A DNA stretch of 53,687 nucleotides from the NCBI RefSeq assembly GCF_013004595.1, contig NZ_JABEMC010000012.1:1-53687 (forward strand), given 5' to 3'. Within the stretch, counting starts at the first letter, position 1. Every line of letters begins with the position of its first letter. The DNA comes from Brevibacterium luteolum (GTDB lineage Bacteria; Actinomycetota; Actinomycetes; Actinomycetales; Brevibacteriaceae). The translations under genes were made by a program, and so were the position numbers. Of the stretch, positions 9,216 to 18,463 are shown piece after piece. The notes beneath the pieces were generated by a model. That model saw nothing but the letters and a program-made list of their open reading frames with translations. It made no database searches and was not told the DNA's origin.

Positions 9216-10137
9216 CTCCACCTTCCACGCCCTGCCTGCGGGCCTGCTCGACGGCTGCGTCCTCCACTTCGGAGGTTACCCGACGCAGCGCGGCCTCGGC
9301 GTCGAGGCCCTGCGCGTGGGCCCGGCTCACGAGCGCGAAGAGCGCCCGGCCGAGTTCGGCTTCCGCTCCCGAGGCGGCGAGCGCCTGGCCTGGGGTGGTG
9401 TCCAGGCCCGAGGTATCCGGGTCCGGGACGTCCGGGCCCGAGGTGTCCGGCTGGTCGAGTGCGAGGCGTTCGATCCGGCCGAGCACCGCCTGGGCGCGGG
9501 TGAGGGCGGGGACACTGGCGGGCAGCGAGTCGAACGATGCGCGGGCGGCGGCCGCGGCCTGCTGGCCGGTGGAGTCGAGGCTGGCAACCTGCTCTCCTGC
9601 GGCATCCGCGCCGGAAACGTGCTCCCCTGCGGCATCCGTACCGGGTGCCTGCTGCCGGGCGGCAGCGCGTTCGGCAGTCTTGATCGCCTCGTAGCGACGT
9701 TCGACTTCGTCGATGTCGACTGGCGCAGTCGAGTCGAAGACGTGCGGGTGGCGGCGGATGATCTTCTCAGCCAGTCGCGCATCGACGCGCCGGATCGCCG
9801 CTGGCGTCAGGGCCTCACCGGGCAGATCCTCGTGGTCGCGCATCGAAGCGAGTGCCTGCCCGCCGGCGGCCTTACGGTCGAGCAGGGCGGCGTGGAAGAG
9901 CACCTGGTAGAGCACATCGCCGAGCTCGACCTCCACCTCGGCGGCGGTGCGCTCATGCGGGTCAGCGGCGTAGTCGTCAAGGGCGCCGATGAGCTCGTGG
10001 GTCTCCTCGATGAGGTGCTTCTGCAGCCCGGTGTGGGTCTGGGCCGCAGCCCACGGGCAGCGCGCCAGCAGGTAGGCGACGGCCTCAGCCGCCGTCATGC
10101 CGGTGGTGTCCGGACGCTGCCAGCGCGGAGTGCTCAT
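9190..10137 (-). CDS. mazG: MazG-family NTP pyrophosphohydrolase
   Basis: CPW..QTH, EETHE, ELGDVLYQVLFH, KIIRRHPHVF; located between mfd and eno. Confidence 0.85.
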   Translation of the reverse strand: MSTPRWQRPDTTGMTAAEAVAYLLARCPWAAAQTHTGLQKHLIEETHELIGALDDYAADPHERTAAEVEVELGDVLYQVLFHAALLDRKAAGGQALASMRDHEDLPGEALTPAAIRRVDARLAEKIIRRHPHVFDSTAPVDIDEVERRYEAIKTAERAAARQQAPGTDAAGEHVSGADAAGEQVASLDSTGQQAAAAARASFDSLPASVPALTRAQAVLGRIERLALDQPDTSGPDVPDPDTSGLDTTPGQALAASGAEAELGRALFALVSRAHAQGLDAEAALRRVTSEVEDAAVEQARRQGVEGGDDTADARR

Positions 10138-13100
10138 GCGCTCGTCTCCACCTTCGCACCGTCCTTCTTCCCAGCACCGGCCTTCTCCCCTGACCCGGCC
10201 TTCTCTGCAGCGCCGGCCGTCTCTGCGGACCTCGACTCCGCCTCGGGGGCGGGCAGGATCGCATCGAGGAACTGGTGCACCCAGTCGATGAGCTCCCGGT
10301 CGACGAGGTCCTTCTTGTCGAACCCGACCCCGGACTGCGGCTTGGGCACCTGGATCGCCCGCAGCGCCGGCTTGATGAGCGACTTCGGGTACAGCCGCTT
10401 GAGTCGCACGATCTGCGAATCGGCAAGCTCCACCGGCGCGAAGCGGATCGTATTGCCCACCGACAGGATCTCCTGCACGCCGGAGGCACGGGCGCGGATG
10501 CGCAGGCGGGCGATCTCAGCAAGCACCTCGACCGCCTCGGGGTAGGGACCGTAGCGGTCGGTGAGCTCGGCGAGCACCTCGGCGATCTCGGCATCATCGG
10601 TGGCGGCGGCGAGCTTGCGATAGGCCTCCAGCCGCAGCCGCTCATGCTCGACGTAGTCGGTCGGCAGGTGCGCGTCGATCGGCAGCTCGATGCGCATCTC
10701 CGCGACCTCCTCCTCGCCTTCGCCGCGGAAGTTCGCCACCGCCTCGCCGACGAGGCGGACGTAGAGGTCGAAGCCGACGCCTTCGATGTGGCCGGACTGC
10801 TGGCCGCCGAGCAGATTGCCGGCCCCGCGGATCTCCAGGTCCTTCATCGCCACCTGCATGCCCGCGCCGAGCTCGGTGTGGGCGGCGACGGTCTGCAGCC
10901 GGTCGTGGGCGGTCTCGGTCAGCGTCATATCGGCCGGATAGAGGAAGTAGGCGTAGGCGCGCTCACGCGAGCGGCCGACGCGGCCGCGCAGCTGATGCAG
11001 CTGGGACAGGCCCATCCGGTCAGCACGGTCGACGATGAGGGTGTTGGCGTTCGAGATGTCGATGCCGGTCTCGACGATCGTCGTGCACACGAGCACGTCA
11101 TAGCGCTTCTCCCAGAAGTCGACGATGACCTGCTCCAGGCGCTGCTCGCTCATCTTGCCGTGGGCGACGGCGATGCGCGCCTCCGGGACGAGTTCGGCTA
11201 AGTGGGCGGCGGTCTTCTCGATGTCCTGGGTGCGGTTGTGGATGAAGAAGACCTGGCCTTCGCGCAGCAGCTCGCGCCGGATCGCAGCGGTGACCTGCTT
11301 GTCCTCGTATTTGCCGACGTAGGTCAGCACCGGGTGGCGGTCCTCCGGCGGGGTCGCCAGAGTCGACATCTCCCGGATCCCGGTCACCGCCATCTCCAGG
11401 GTGCGCGGAATCGGGGTCGCCGACATGGCGAGCACGTCGACATTGGTCCGCAGCGCCTTGAGTGTTTCCTTGTGCTCAACGCCGAAGCGCTGCTCCTCGT
11501 CGATGATGACGAGCCCGAGGTTCTTGAACTGCACCTCACCGGAAAGCAGCCGGTGGGTGCCGATGACGAGGTCGAGGCTGCCGTCTTTGAGGTCGTTCTT
11601 CGTCTTCTCCGAATCGGCCGGGGACTGGAAGCGGGAGAGCTTGCCGACGGTGACGGGGAAGCCGGAGTAGCGTTCGGAGAAGGTGTCGAAGTGCTGCTGG
11701 ACGAGCAGGGTCGTCGGCACGAGCACGGCGACCTGCTTGCCGTCCTGGATCGCCTTGAACGCTGCACGTACCGCCACCTCAGTCTTGCCGTAGCCCACAT
11801 CGCCGCAGATGAGTCGGTCCATGGGGATCGGCTTCTCCATATCGGCTTTGACTTCGTCGATGGTGGTGAGCTGGTCGGGGGTCTCCATGTAGTGGAAGGC
11901 GTCCTCGAGCTCACGCTGCCACGGGGTGTCCGGGCCGAAGGCGTGCCCGGAGGAGGCGCGGCGGGCCGAGTACAGGTGGATGAGCTCGCGGGCGATCTCT
12001 TTGACCGCTTTGCGGGCTTTCGACTTCGTCTTCGCCCAGTCCGAGCCGCCCATCTTGTTCACCGACGGTGATTCCCCGCCGACGTACCGGGTGACCTGGT
12101 CGAGGGAGTCAGAGGGCACGTAAAGGCGGTCGCCGGGTTGGCCGCGCTTGCTCGGCGCGTATTCGATGACGAGGTATTCGCGGGTGTGGGCCTGCGGCCC
12201 GCGGCCCGTTGTGCGGGCGACCATCTCGACGAACCGGCCCACCCCGTGCTGTTCGTGGACGACGTAGTCGCCGGGTTTGAGGTCGAGCGGGTCGACCTGG
12301 TGGCGCCGGCGGCGGGCCGGCAGGCGGCGCATGTCCCGGGTCGAGGTGGCTGCGGCGCGGCCGAGCACATCGGCCTCGGTGAGGACGGCGAGCTTCATCG
12401 TGTCGATGACGAATCCGCCGAAGTCCGCGGCCGTCGTCACGGTCACCGCGCCCGAGGTGGTGGGCTCGGTGAGGTCGTCTACGAACCGGGCCGGCACATC
12501 GGCTTCGGAGAACACCTCGACCATCCGCTCACCAGGACCGCGGCCCTCCGTGAGGACTACGACGTCCCAGCTGTCGTGGACGAGAGCGCGCACATCAGTG
12601 AGGATCGCCTCGACGTCGCCGGCGTAGCCGCGGGGCTGCCGGCCGGGCACCTCGAGTACGGTCTCACCGGTGGACTCGGCCAGTTCGGCATCGCGGGCGA
12701 AGCCGCCGATCTCCCACCACGGCAGACTGCGCGCAGCGGCGGCCTCGCGGGTCTCCTCCAGGGTGCGGAAGCTGGCCGGCGACAGATCGATCGGCACCTT
12801 CCCGCCTGCAGCGGCAGACGTCCATGCGGCGGCGAGGAACTCCTCGGTCGTGGCGACGAGGTCCTCGGCCCGGGCCGCGACCTTCTCCGGGGCGGTCACG
12901 AGGATCCGGGTGCCAGCCGGCAGGGTGTTAACGAAGGACTCCATCTTTCCGGCGAGCACCGGGGCGAGGGACTCCATGCCTTCGACAGCGACGCCGTCGG
13001 CGATCTTCTCGAGCATCTCAGTAGCCTGCGGCAGCTCTGGGATGAGGTCGCGGGCGCGTTCGCGGACTTCGGCGGTCAGCAGCACTTCGCGGCACGGCGG

Positions 13101-13787
13101 GGCCCATAGGGTGTAGACGGCGTCGTCGACGGTGGGCAGGGAGCGCTGGTCGGCGACGGAGAACGGGCGGATCTCATCGACCTCGTCGCCGAAGAACTCG
13201 ATGCGCAGCGCCTGGTCATCCGTCGGCGGGAAGATGTCGAGGATGCCGCCGCGCACCGCGTACTCACCGCGCCGGGATACCATGTCGACGCGCGAATAGG
13301 CGAGGTCGGAGAGCTGCTCGGCCAGGTCGGCGAGTTCGACCTCGTCGCCGACTTTCAACTGGACGGGGGTGAGTTCGCCGAGACCGGTGACGATCGGCTG
13401 CAGCAGAGCCCGGATCGGGGCGATGACGACATTCAGTGGTTCATCGCCGGGGTGGCTGAGGCGGCGCAGCACGGACAGGCGGCGGCCGACGGTGTCTGAG
13501 CGCGGGGAGAGCTTCTCATGTGGGAGGGTCTCCCAGCTGGGGAAGACCGCGACGGAGCTGGCTGGCAGGTAGTCGGCCAGTGCCCGTTCGAGGTGATCGG
13601 CCTCCCGGCCGGTGGCGGTGACCGCGAGGATCGGCCCGGACTGGGCGGCATCGGCCATGACGGAGGGCCATAGTCCGGTGATCGCGCTGATCGACCCGCC
13701 TGCCGTCGAGCTGTCGGCGAGCGCTGCCAGGGCAGCACTGTAGGCGGAGTTGGTTTGCAGCAGGCGGGAGATTCCGGTCACAGACAC
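10134..13787 (-). CDS. mfd: Transcription-repair coupling factor
   Basis: GDVGYGKTEVA, DEEQRFGV, SATPIPRTL, QLHQLRGRVGR, DLEIRGAGNLLG; TAGACT 7 nt before the GTG start. Confidence 0.99.
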   Translation of the reverse strand: MSVTGISRLLQTNSAYSAALAALADSSTAGGSISAITGLWPSVMADAAQSGPILAVTATGREADHLERALADYLPASSVAVFPSWETLPHEKLSPRSDTVGRRLSVLRRLSHPGDEPLNVVIAPIRALLQPIVTGLGELTPVQLKVGDEVELADLAEQLSDLAYSRVDMVSRRGEYAVRGGILDIFPPTDDQALRIEFFGDEVDEIRPFSVADQRSLPTVDDAVYTLWAPPCREVLLTAEVRERARDLIPELPQATEMLEKIADGVAVEGMESLAPVLAGKMESFVNTLPAGTRILVTAPEKVAARAEDLVATTEEFLAAAWTSAAAGGKVPIDLSPASFRTLEETREAAAARSLPWWEIGGFARDAELAESTGETVLEVPGRQPRGYAGDVEAILTDVRALVHDSWDVVVLTEGRGPGERMVEVFSEADVPARFVDDLTEPTTSGAVTVTTAADFGGFVIDTMKLAVLTEADVLGRAAATSTRDMRRLPARRRRHQVDPLDLKPGDYVVHEQHGVGRFVEMVARTTGRGPQAHTREYLVIEYAPSKRGQPGDRLYVPSDSLDQVTRYVGGESPSVNKMGGSDWAKTKSKARKAVKEIARELIHLYSARRASSGHAFGPDTPWQRELEDAFHYMETPDQLTTIDEVKADMEKPIPMDRLICGDVGYGKTEVAVRAAFKAIQDGKQVAVLVPTTLLVQQHFDTFSERYSGFPVTVGKLSRFQSPADSEKTKNDLKDGSLDLVIGTHRLLSGEVQFKNLGLVIIDEEQRFGVEHKETLKALRTNVDVLAMSATPIPRTLEMAVTGIREMSTLATPPEDRHPVLTYVGKYEDKQVTAAIRRELLREGQVFFIHNRTQDIEKTAAHLAELVPEARIAVAHGKMSEQRLEQVIVDFWEKRYDVLVCTTIVETGIDISNANTLIVDRADRMGLSQLHQLRGRVGRSRERAYAYFLYPADMTLTETAHDRLQTVAAHTELGAGMQVAMKDLEIRGAGNLLGGQQSGHIEGVGFDLYVRLVGEAVANFRGEGEEEVAEMRIELPIDAHLPTDYVEHERLRLEAYRKLAAATDDAEIAEVLAELTDRYGPYPEAVEVLAEIARLRIRARASGVQEILSVGNTIRFAPVELADSQIVRLKRLYPKSLIKPALRAIQVPKPQSGVGFDKKDLVDRELIDWVHQFLDAILPAPEAESRSAETAGAAEKAGSGEKAGAGKKDGAKVETSA

Positions 13788-13927
13788 GCCGTAAAGTCTA
13801 CTCGGCTTCCGCGTCCGGCGGGCCCGCTCTGGCGGTGAGGCTCATGACACCGGCACGGAACCTGCGGCCTGCGCCGCACGGCTCCGCTGTGGAGGGCCCT
13901 GTCAGTTTCGTTTGCGAGAATGAGCCC

Positions 13928-14626
13928 ATGAGCTTCGAGCCCTCTGACCTCAGCCGCACGCCTGCCCGGCAGACCGGATCGAGAACCCGGTCCGATCTCG
14001 ACCTGCCCGGTGCGAATGTCGGGGCCCGGCTGCTGCAGCCGATCGTGCTGCTCGGGCTCATGTGGGTCATCGCTGCCGCCGATTTCGTGCTGCCGGGCTC
14101 ATTCAACGGTTTCGGAGTCCGCTCATGGAATCCGACCGGTCTCATCGGCATCGTCTTCTCTCCGCTGCTGCATTCGGGCTGGCCGCATCTGATCGCCAAC
14201 ACGATCCCGTTCCTCGTCCTCGGATTGCTCGTCGCCGCCGAGGGCATCCGCCGCTTCTGGTTCGTCACCTCCGTCATCGCCGTTGTCAGCGGGCTTGGCG
14301 CCTGGGCGGTGAACCTGCCCGGCACGCTGACCGTCGGCGCCTCGGGTCTGGTGTTCGGCTACTTCGGCTATCTCATCATGCGCGCGGTCTTCACCGATTC
14401 GATCCTGCGCCGGCTGATGTTCGGCGTCATCGGCCTGCTCGTCATCATCCTCTACGGCGGCTCGATGCTCACCGGTGTGCTGCCGCTGTTCCCCGGCATC
14501 TCCTGGCAGGGCCACCTCTTCGGGGCGATCGGCGGCGGGCTGGCGGCCTGGATGGCCGGGCAGCCGCGCTGGCACTCCCTCAGCGGTGAGACCACCGCCC
14601 CGCGCCGCACCGGCGGACTGTACTGA
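13928..14626 (+). CDS. Rhomboid-family intramembrane serine protease
   Basis: LLHSGWPHLIAN, GASGLVFG, SWQGHLFG. Confidence 0.92.
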   Translation: MSFEPSDLSRTPARQTGSRTRSDLDLPGANVGARLLQPIVLLGLMWVIAAADFVLPGSFNGFGVRSWNPTGLIGIVFSPLLHSGWPHLIANTIPFLVLGLLVAAEGIRRFWFVTSVIAVVSGLGAWAVNLPGTLTVGASGLVFGYFGYLIMRAVFTDSILRRLMFGVIGLLVIILYGGSMLTGVLPLFPGISWQGHLFGAIGGGLAAWMAGQPRWHSLSGETTAPRRTGGLY

Positions 14627-14649
14627 GGGCCAGCACCGTCTCGCTTATC

Positions 14650-16137
14650 TCAGTACCCGCCGATCGGGTTCGGATGTTCTGACGTTTCGACCCAGATAGA
14701 ACGCGGCTGGCTGTACTCATAGAGCCCCTCTTGTCCGCTGGAGCGCCCGTATCCCGAGTCTTTGAATCCGCCGAAGGGCGACATGACGTGAATTGTCTTA
14801 TAGCTGTTGACCCATACGGTCCCGGCGGTCAGTTTTCCTGCTACTCGGTGCGCACGTGCAACATCGGAGGTCCACACAGCGCCAGCAAGCCCAAATCTGC
14901 TGTCGTTTGCGAGGTTGACCGCTTCCGTCTCGTCCGAGAACGGTAACGCCGCGACGACCGGGCCGAAAATCTCGGTTCTGGCTAGTTCAGCATCGTTGGA
15001 CGATGGTTCCAGGATTGTCGGTCGGATATAGAATCCTGCTTCATCCGCCCCAGTGGTCGTCGGGCCGTAACCGCCGAACGCGGTCTTGCCGTCGTACGAA
15101 TCAAGGAGGCTTTTCACCCGCTCGAACTGAGCCCTGTTCTGAAGTGGGCCCATCTGGACATCGGGGTCCTCAGGGTTGCCGACCCGAACCTGTGCAGCGA
15201 TGTCACGCAGTTTGCAAATCACCTCATCGTAAACAGCGTCATGGATGAGCAGTCGGGAACCCGCCACGCAGCTCTGTCCTGCCCCAGAGAAGATTGCTCC
15301 TGCTGCCCCACGCGCTGCACGCTCGAGATCCGCGTCGGCAAAGATGATGTTCGCAGACTTCCCACCGAGTTCAAGAACGCAAGGCTTCAGGTGCGATGCG
15401 GCCTTCGCGGCGATGATGGCGCCCGTGTGTGGCGAGCCGATGAAGATCACTTTGCGGATTTCGGGATGTTCGACGAGCGGCTCGCCCGAGGTCAGCCCAG
15501 TGCCGGAAACAACGCTGAAGAGGCCTGCCGGCAGGCCTGCTGCGTGAGCCAGCCCGGCAAGAGCGGTTGAGGTCACCGGCGTGTGTTCGGATGGTTTGAC
15601 CACGATTGCGTTCCCAGCAGCTAAAGCTGGGGCCACCTGCCACCCGCACGTGAAGATCGGAGCATTCCACGGTGTGATCGCAGCGACCACTCCATAGGGC
15701 ACTCGTTGGGTGTAATTGAGATGCGTCGTCGGTACCGCGAGCACGTCACCGGTCTGTTTGTCACACCAGCCGGCGTAGTATTCAAACATCTCTGCGACAG
15801 CTTGCACCTCAGCCCGCGCATCGTGGATCGGCTTCCCGGTGTTCTGTGCTTCCAACCGCGCTAGTTCGGGGAGGGCATCGCGCACTGCACGACCGACTGC
15901 GTGCAGACGTCGGCCCCGCTCTGCGGCCGTTAGCCCGATCCATTCTCGCTGTGATTCGACTGCACGGGCGACACACGCGTCGACCTGAGCTCGCAGAGGC
16001 TCTCGATAGCGAAGGAGGCCCTGCCCCGTGGCCGGATCGTCGATGCTGATCTCTCGGCCTTCACCGAGTACCACCTCGTCCCCGGTGGAGATGCCGATTG
16101 CGGGGGAACCTGGCATATCAGGACGATTGTCAGTCAT
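14650..16137 (-). CDS. NAD(P)-dependent aldehyde dehydrogenase
   Basis: ITPWN, VKPSE, LELGGKS, GQSCVAG, EIFGPV, PFGGFKDSG. Confidence 0.95.
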   Translation of the reverse strand: MTDNRPDMPGSPAIGISTGDEVVLGEGREISIDDPATGQGLLRYREPLRAQVDACVARAVESQREWIGLTAAERGRRLHAVGRAVRDALPELARLEAQNTGKPIHDARAEVQAVAEMFEYYAGWCDKQTGDVLAVPTTHLNYTQRVPYGVVAAITPWNAPIFTCGWQVAPALAAGNAIVVKPSEHTPVTSTALAGLAHAAGLPAGLFSVVSGTGLTSGEPLVEHPEIRKVIFIGSPHTGAIIAAKAASHLKPCVLELGGKSANIIFADADLERAARGAAGAIFSGAGQSCVAGSRLLIHDAVYDEVICKLRDIAAQVRVGNPEDPDVQMGPLQNRAQFERVKSLLDSYDGKTAFGGYGPTTTGADEAGFYIRPTILEPSSNDAELARTEIFGPVVAALPFSDETEAVNLANDSRFGLAGAVWTSDVARAHRVAGKLTAGTVWVNSYKTIHVMSPFGGFKDSGYGRSSGQEGLYEYSQPRSIWVETSEHPNPIGGY

Positions 16138-17035
16138 TCGGGGTTTCCTCCTGGACAGCTCTGTTTGATGTGACGATGCGATTGAAGTCTGCGTCGGCGC
16201 CGAATGATTCCCGCGCTCTCTGCCATTGCAGCAGCGCGGCATTGAGAAGAGGAGCATCTATGCCCAGCGCCCCCGCAGTCCCTGTTGCGAGCCCGACGTC
16301 CCGGGCCATCAAACCGGTGGAAAACCCGCTGTCGAAGGTGCCAGAGAGCACCCACTCGGGCACATTGAGCTCTGTAACGGCGCTGCGACCGGAAGCAGCA
16401 TTCACTGCTTCGAAGATCTTCGCAGGAGGTGCGCCCCAGGCTTCAGCCAGAGCCAAGGCTTCACCGGCCGCAGCCAGATGGACGGCGCACAGCCCGTTGT
16501 TGATGAGCTTGGCGAGCTGACCATTGCCGGGGCCTCCCACCTCGGTGCAGCGACTGGTGAGCGCAGTGAGAACCGGAGTGGCACGAGCGACAGATTCCGC
16601 GCTGCCGCCGACGAATGCCGTCATCGTTCCACCGCGTGCGCCTTTCGGACCTCCACTGACTGGTGCATCGACGAACCCGACCCCTAGGTCGTCGAGCCGG
16701 CGCGCAAGCTCCTGCGCAACTCGCGGATCCCCTGTCGACATGTCGATGACAACGCTGTTCGGCCCGTTTCGTGCAGCCAGATCTTCGGCGATGCCGTTGG
16801 CTCCGATCAGCACTTCACGGGAGATGTCGCTTGACGGCAGTGAGAGAACCACCGTTGAGGCCCGCTGCGCGACATCCTCGAGTTCACTGGCGATGAGCCC
16901 ACCAGCCTGGAGATCTTCACTCACTCCGACGGGATCGACACCGTAGACGTGATAGCCATGGCGAAGGAGCGTTGCAGCCATTCCGGCGCCCATCCGACCA
17001 AGACCGATGACGGCAACTGCTGGGGACTGGTTCAT
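16130..17035 (-). CDS. Beta-hydroxyacid dehydrogenase (3-hydroxyisobutyrate dehydrogenase family)
   Basis: GLGRMG, DMST, DAPVSGG, GQLAKLINN. Confidence 0.92.
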   Translation of the reverse strand: MNQSPAVAVIGLGRMGAGMAATLLRHGYHVYGVDPVGVSEDLQAGGLIASELEDVAQRASTVVLSLPSSDISREVLIGANGIAEDLAARNGPNSVVIDMSTGDPRVAQELARRLDDLGVGFVDAPVSGGPKGARGGTMTAFVGGSAESVARATPVLTALTSRCTEVGGPGNGQLAKLINNGLCAVHLAAAGEALALAEAWGAPPAKIFEAVNAASGRSAVTELNVPEWVLSGTFDSGFSTGLMARDVGLATGTAGALGIDAPLLNAALLQWQRARESFGADADFNRIVTSNRAVQEETPND

Positions 17036-17514
17036 GAAACTCCTAGCATGAGTTCGGCGATGAGGACGGATCCAATGTAGGTACCGAGCAGGACGAGGAC
17101 ACCGACAATGAGGATCTTCCAGCCAGACGTACGAGCAATGGAGATCTCACGAGCGGTTATCGCCATCGCTGCATACGCCAGGCACGGGGGAGTCAGCGCA
17201 AGGAAATCGATGCTCTCAACCCAATGGAGGACCGCTCCTGCCCAGGGTGTCCCGGGAATGGTCGTGGCAATTCCGACGATTGATACCCAGGCTACAGAAG
17301 GTAGTTTGAGCATCGGCAGCAGACGGGCAAGTACGACTCCGGCGACGCCAATGCCCCCGAGCACGGTGAGACCGCCGATGATCCGTCCGACTCCAAGATC
17401 AGTCGCCATCATCTGCAGCGGAATGCAAATAATGGTGACCAGGGCGAGCAGTGTGACTTCGTGGCCCAACTTAAGCGCTTCGGTTGGTTCCGCGACGGGG
17501 ACTTGCTGGCTCAT
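17032..17514 (-). CDS. Small multi-pass membrane protein, probable partner of DUF3100
   Basis: 4-5 hydrophobic segments, FLALTPPCLAYA; ATGA overlaps on both sides. Confidence 0.75.
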   Translation of the reverse strand: MSQQVPVAEPTEALKLGHEVTLLALVTIICIPLQMMATDLGVGRIIGGLTVLGGIGVAGVVLARLLPMLKLPSVAWVSIVGIATTIPGTPWAGAVLHWVESIDFLALTPPCLAYAAMAITAREISIARTSGWKILIVGVLVLLGTYIGSVLIAELMLGVS

Positions 17515-18326
17515 GTCATTGCCTTTCCTCGACGAGCTTCAGGGCTGAAGCGTCGATAGATCCACTCGACGAGGGGAAGTGCGATGAACAGGCTTGCGTA
17601 CATGCCTGTCGCGTAGGTCAGCAGGTTGCTCGCACCGGCGAGAGCGATGAGAGTGTCTGCCTGCGCTGGCACGGCTGCAGCCAACGCCCCTGAACAGGCA
17701 GCCATCATCGAACCGCTGCCGACACCGCACGCCATTGCGAGTGCCCGCGGATCGAAGACGTCGGTCGAGGCCAGTCCAGAAGCCAGCACCGAGAATACGA
17801 TGGTTCCGACCAGTGTGCCGACGACGTAGACTCCCATCACTCCGGCACCTTCAGGACTCTTTAGCCCGTATCGGTCCGCGACGATCGCCAAGCTCGGTTC
17901 TCGGGCAACCGAGAAAGTCGCTCCGACGGATTCACGGCCCATCTTCAGCACCCACAGCGCCACCGGCAGCGCGAACACGATCGTGAAGAGGTTTCCGAGC
18001 TCCTGTAGAAGGAGAGCTGGCCCGGCGGCGATGATATCGCTGAGCGCAGGTCCGACAGTTGTGCCGAACTTCGCGATGAATGGAATGATCGCCACCACTA
18101 CGCATGACGATGCAGCCGCGATGTGACGCGTTTTCAGCAAACCAACTGTGCGCCCGACGATGTTGGAATTCGTCAGCAGACCGAACGCGAAGGCGAAGAG
18201 GAGCGGCAACAGCAGGATGCTGCCGAGCCCTACGGGAATATCGACGATGCCGATGAGCTGAGCTAGCACAACGATGATGAGCGCCGCCGCATGCAATCGC
18301 GGTGACAATAGTTCTTGCAGTCGCAT
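17511..18326 (-). CDS. DUF3100-family membrane protein (putative transporter)
   Basis: AGPALLLQELGNL, MGRESVGATFSVAREP, YGLKSPEGAGVMGVY, ALAMACGVGSGSMMAA. Confidence 0.85.
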   Translation of the reverse strand: MRLQELLSPRLHAAALIIVVLAQLIGIVDIPVGLGSILLLPLLFAFAFGLLTNSNIVGRTVGLLKTRHIAAASSCVVVAIIPFIAKFGTTVGPALSDIIAAGPALLLQELGNLFTIVFALPVALWVLKMGRESVGATFSVAREPSLAIVADRYGLKSPEGAGVMGVYVVGTLVGTIVFSVLASGLASTDVFDPRALAMACGVGSGSMMAACSGALAAAVPAQADTLIALAGASNLLTYATGMYASLFIALPLVEWIYRRFSPEARRGKAMT

Positions 18327-18363
18327 CGCGCCCCCATTGGTCGATGATTGTTGAGTTCCTTCG

Positions 18364-18433
18364 AACGTAACAACAGACCCGGATGGGCAGTAGTACCCAA
18401 AATCTGCACCACGCGGTTGCCCTCACAGGCAAC
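18364..18433 (-). promoter_or_regulatory. Extended -10 (TGnTACGTT, 18364-18372) and upstream dyad GTTGCC-N6-GGCAAC (18416-18433), candidate LysR operator
   Basis: Dyad centre lies about 67 nt upstream of the inferred start site, the usual position of a LysR recognition site. Confidence 0.55.
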
Positions 18434-18463
18434 ACCAAGATGGAAAATGCCGTCCGGCAGACG

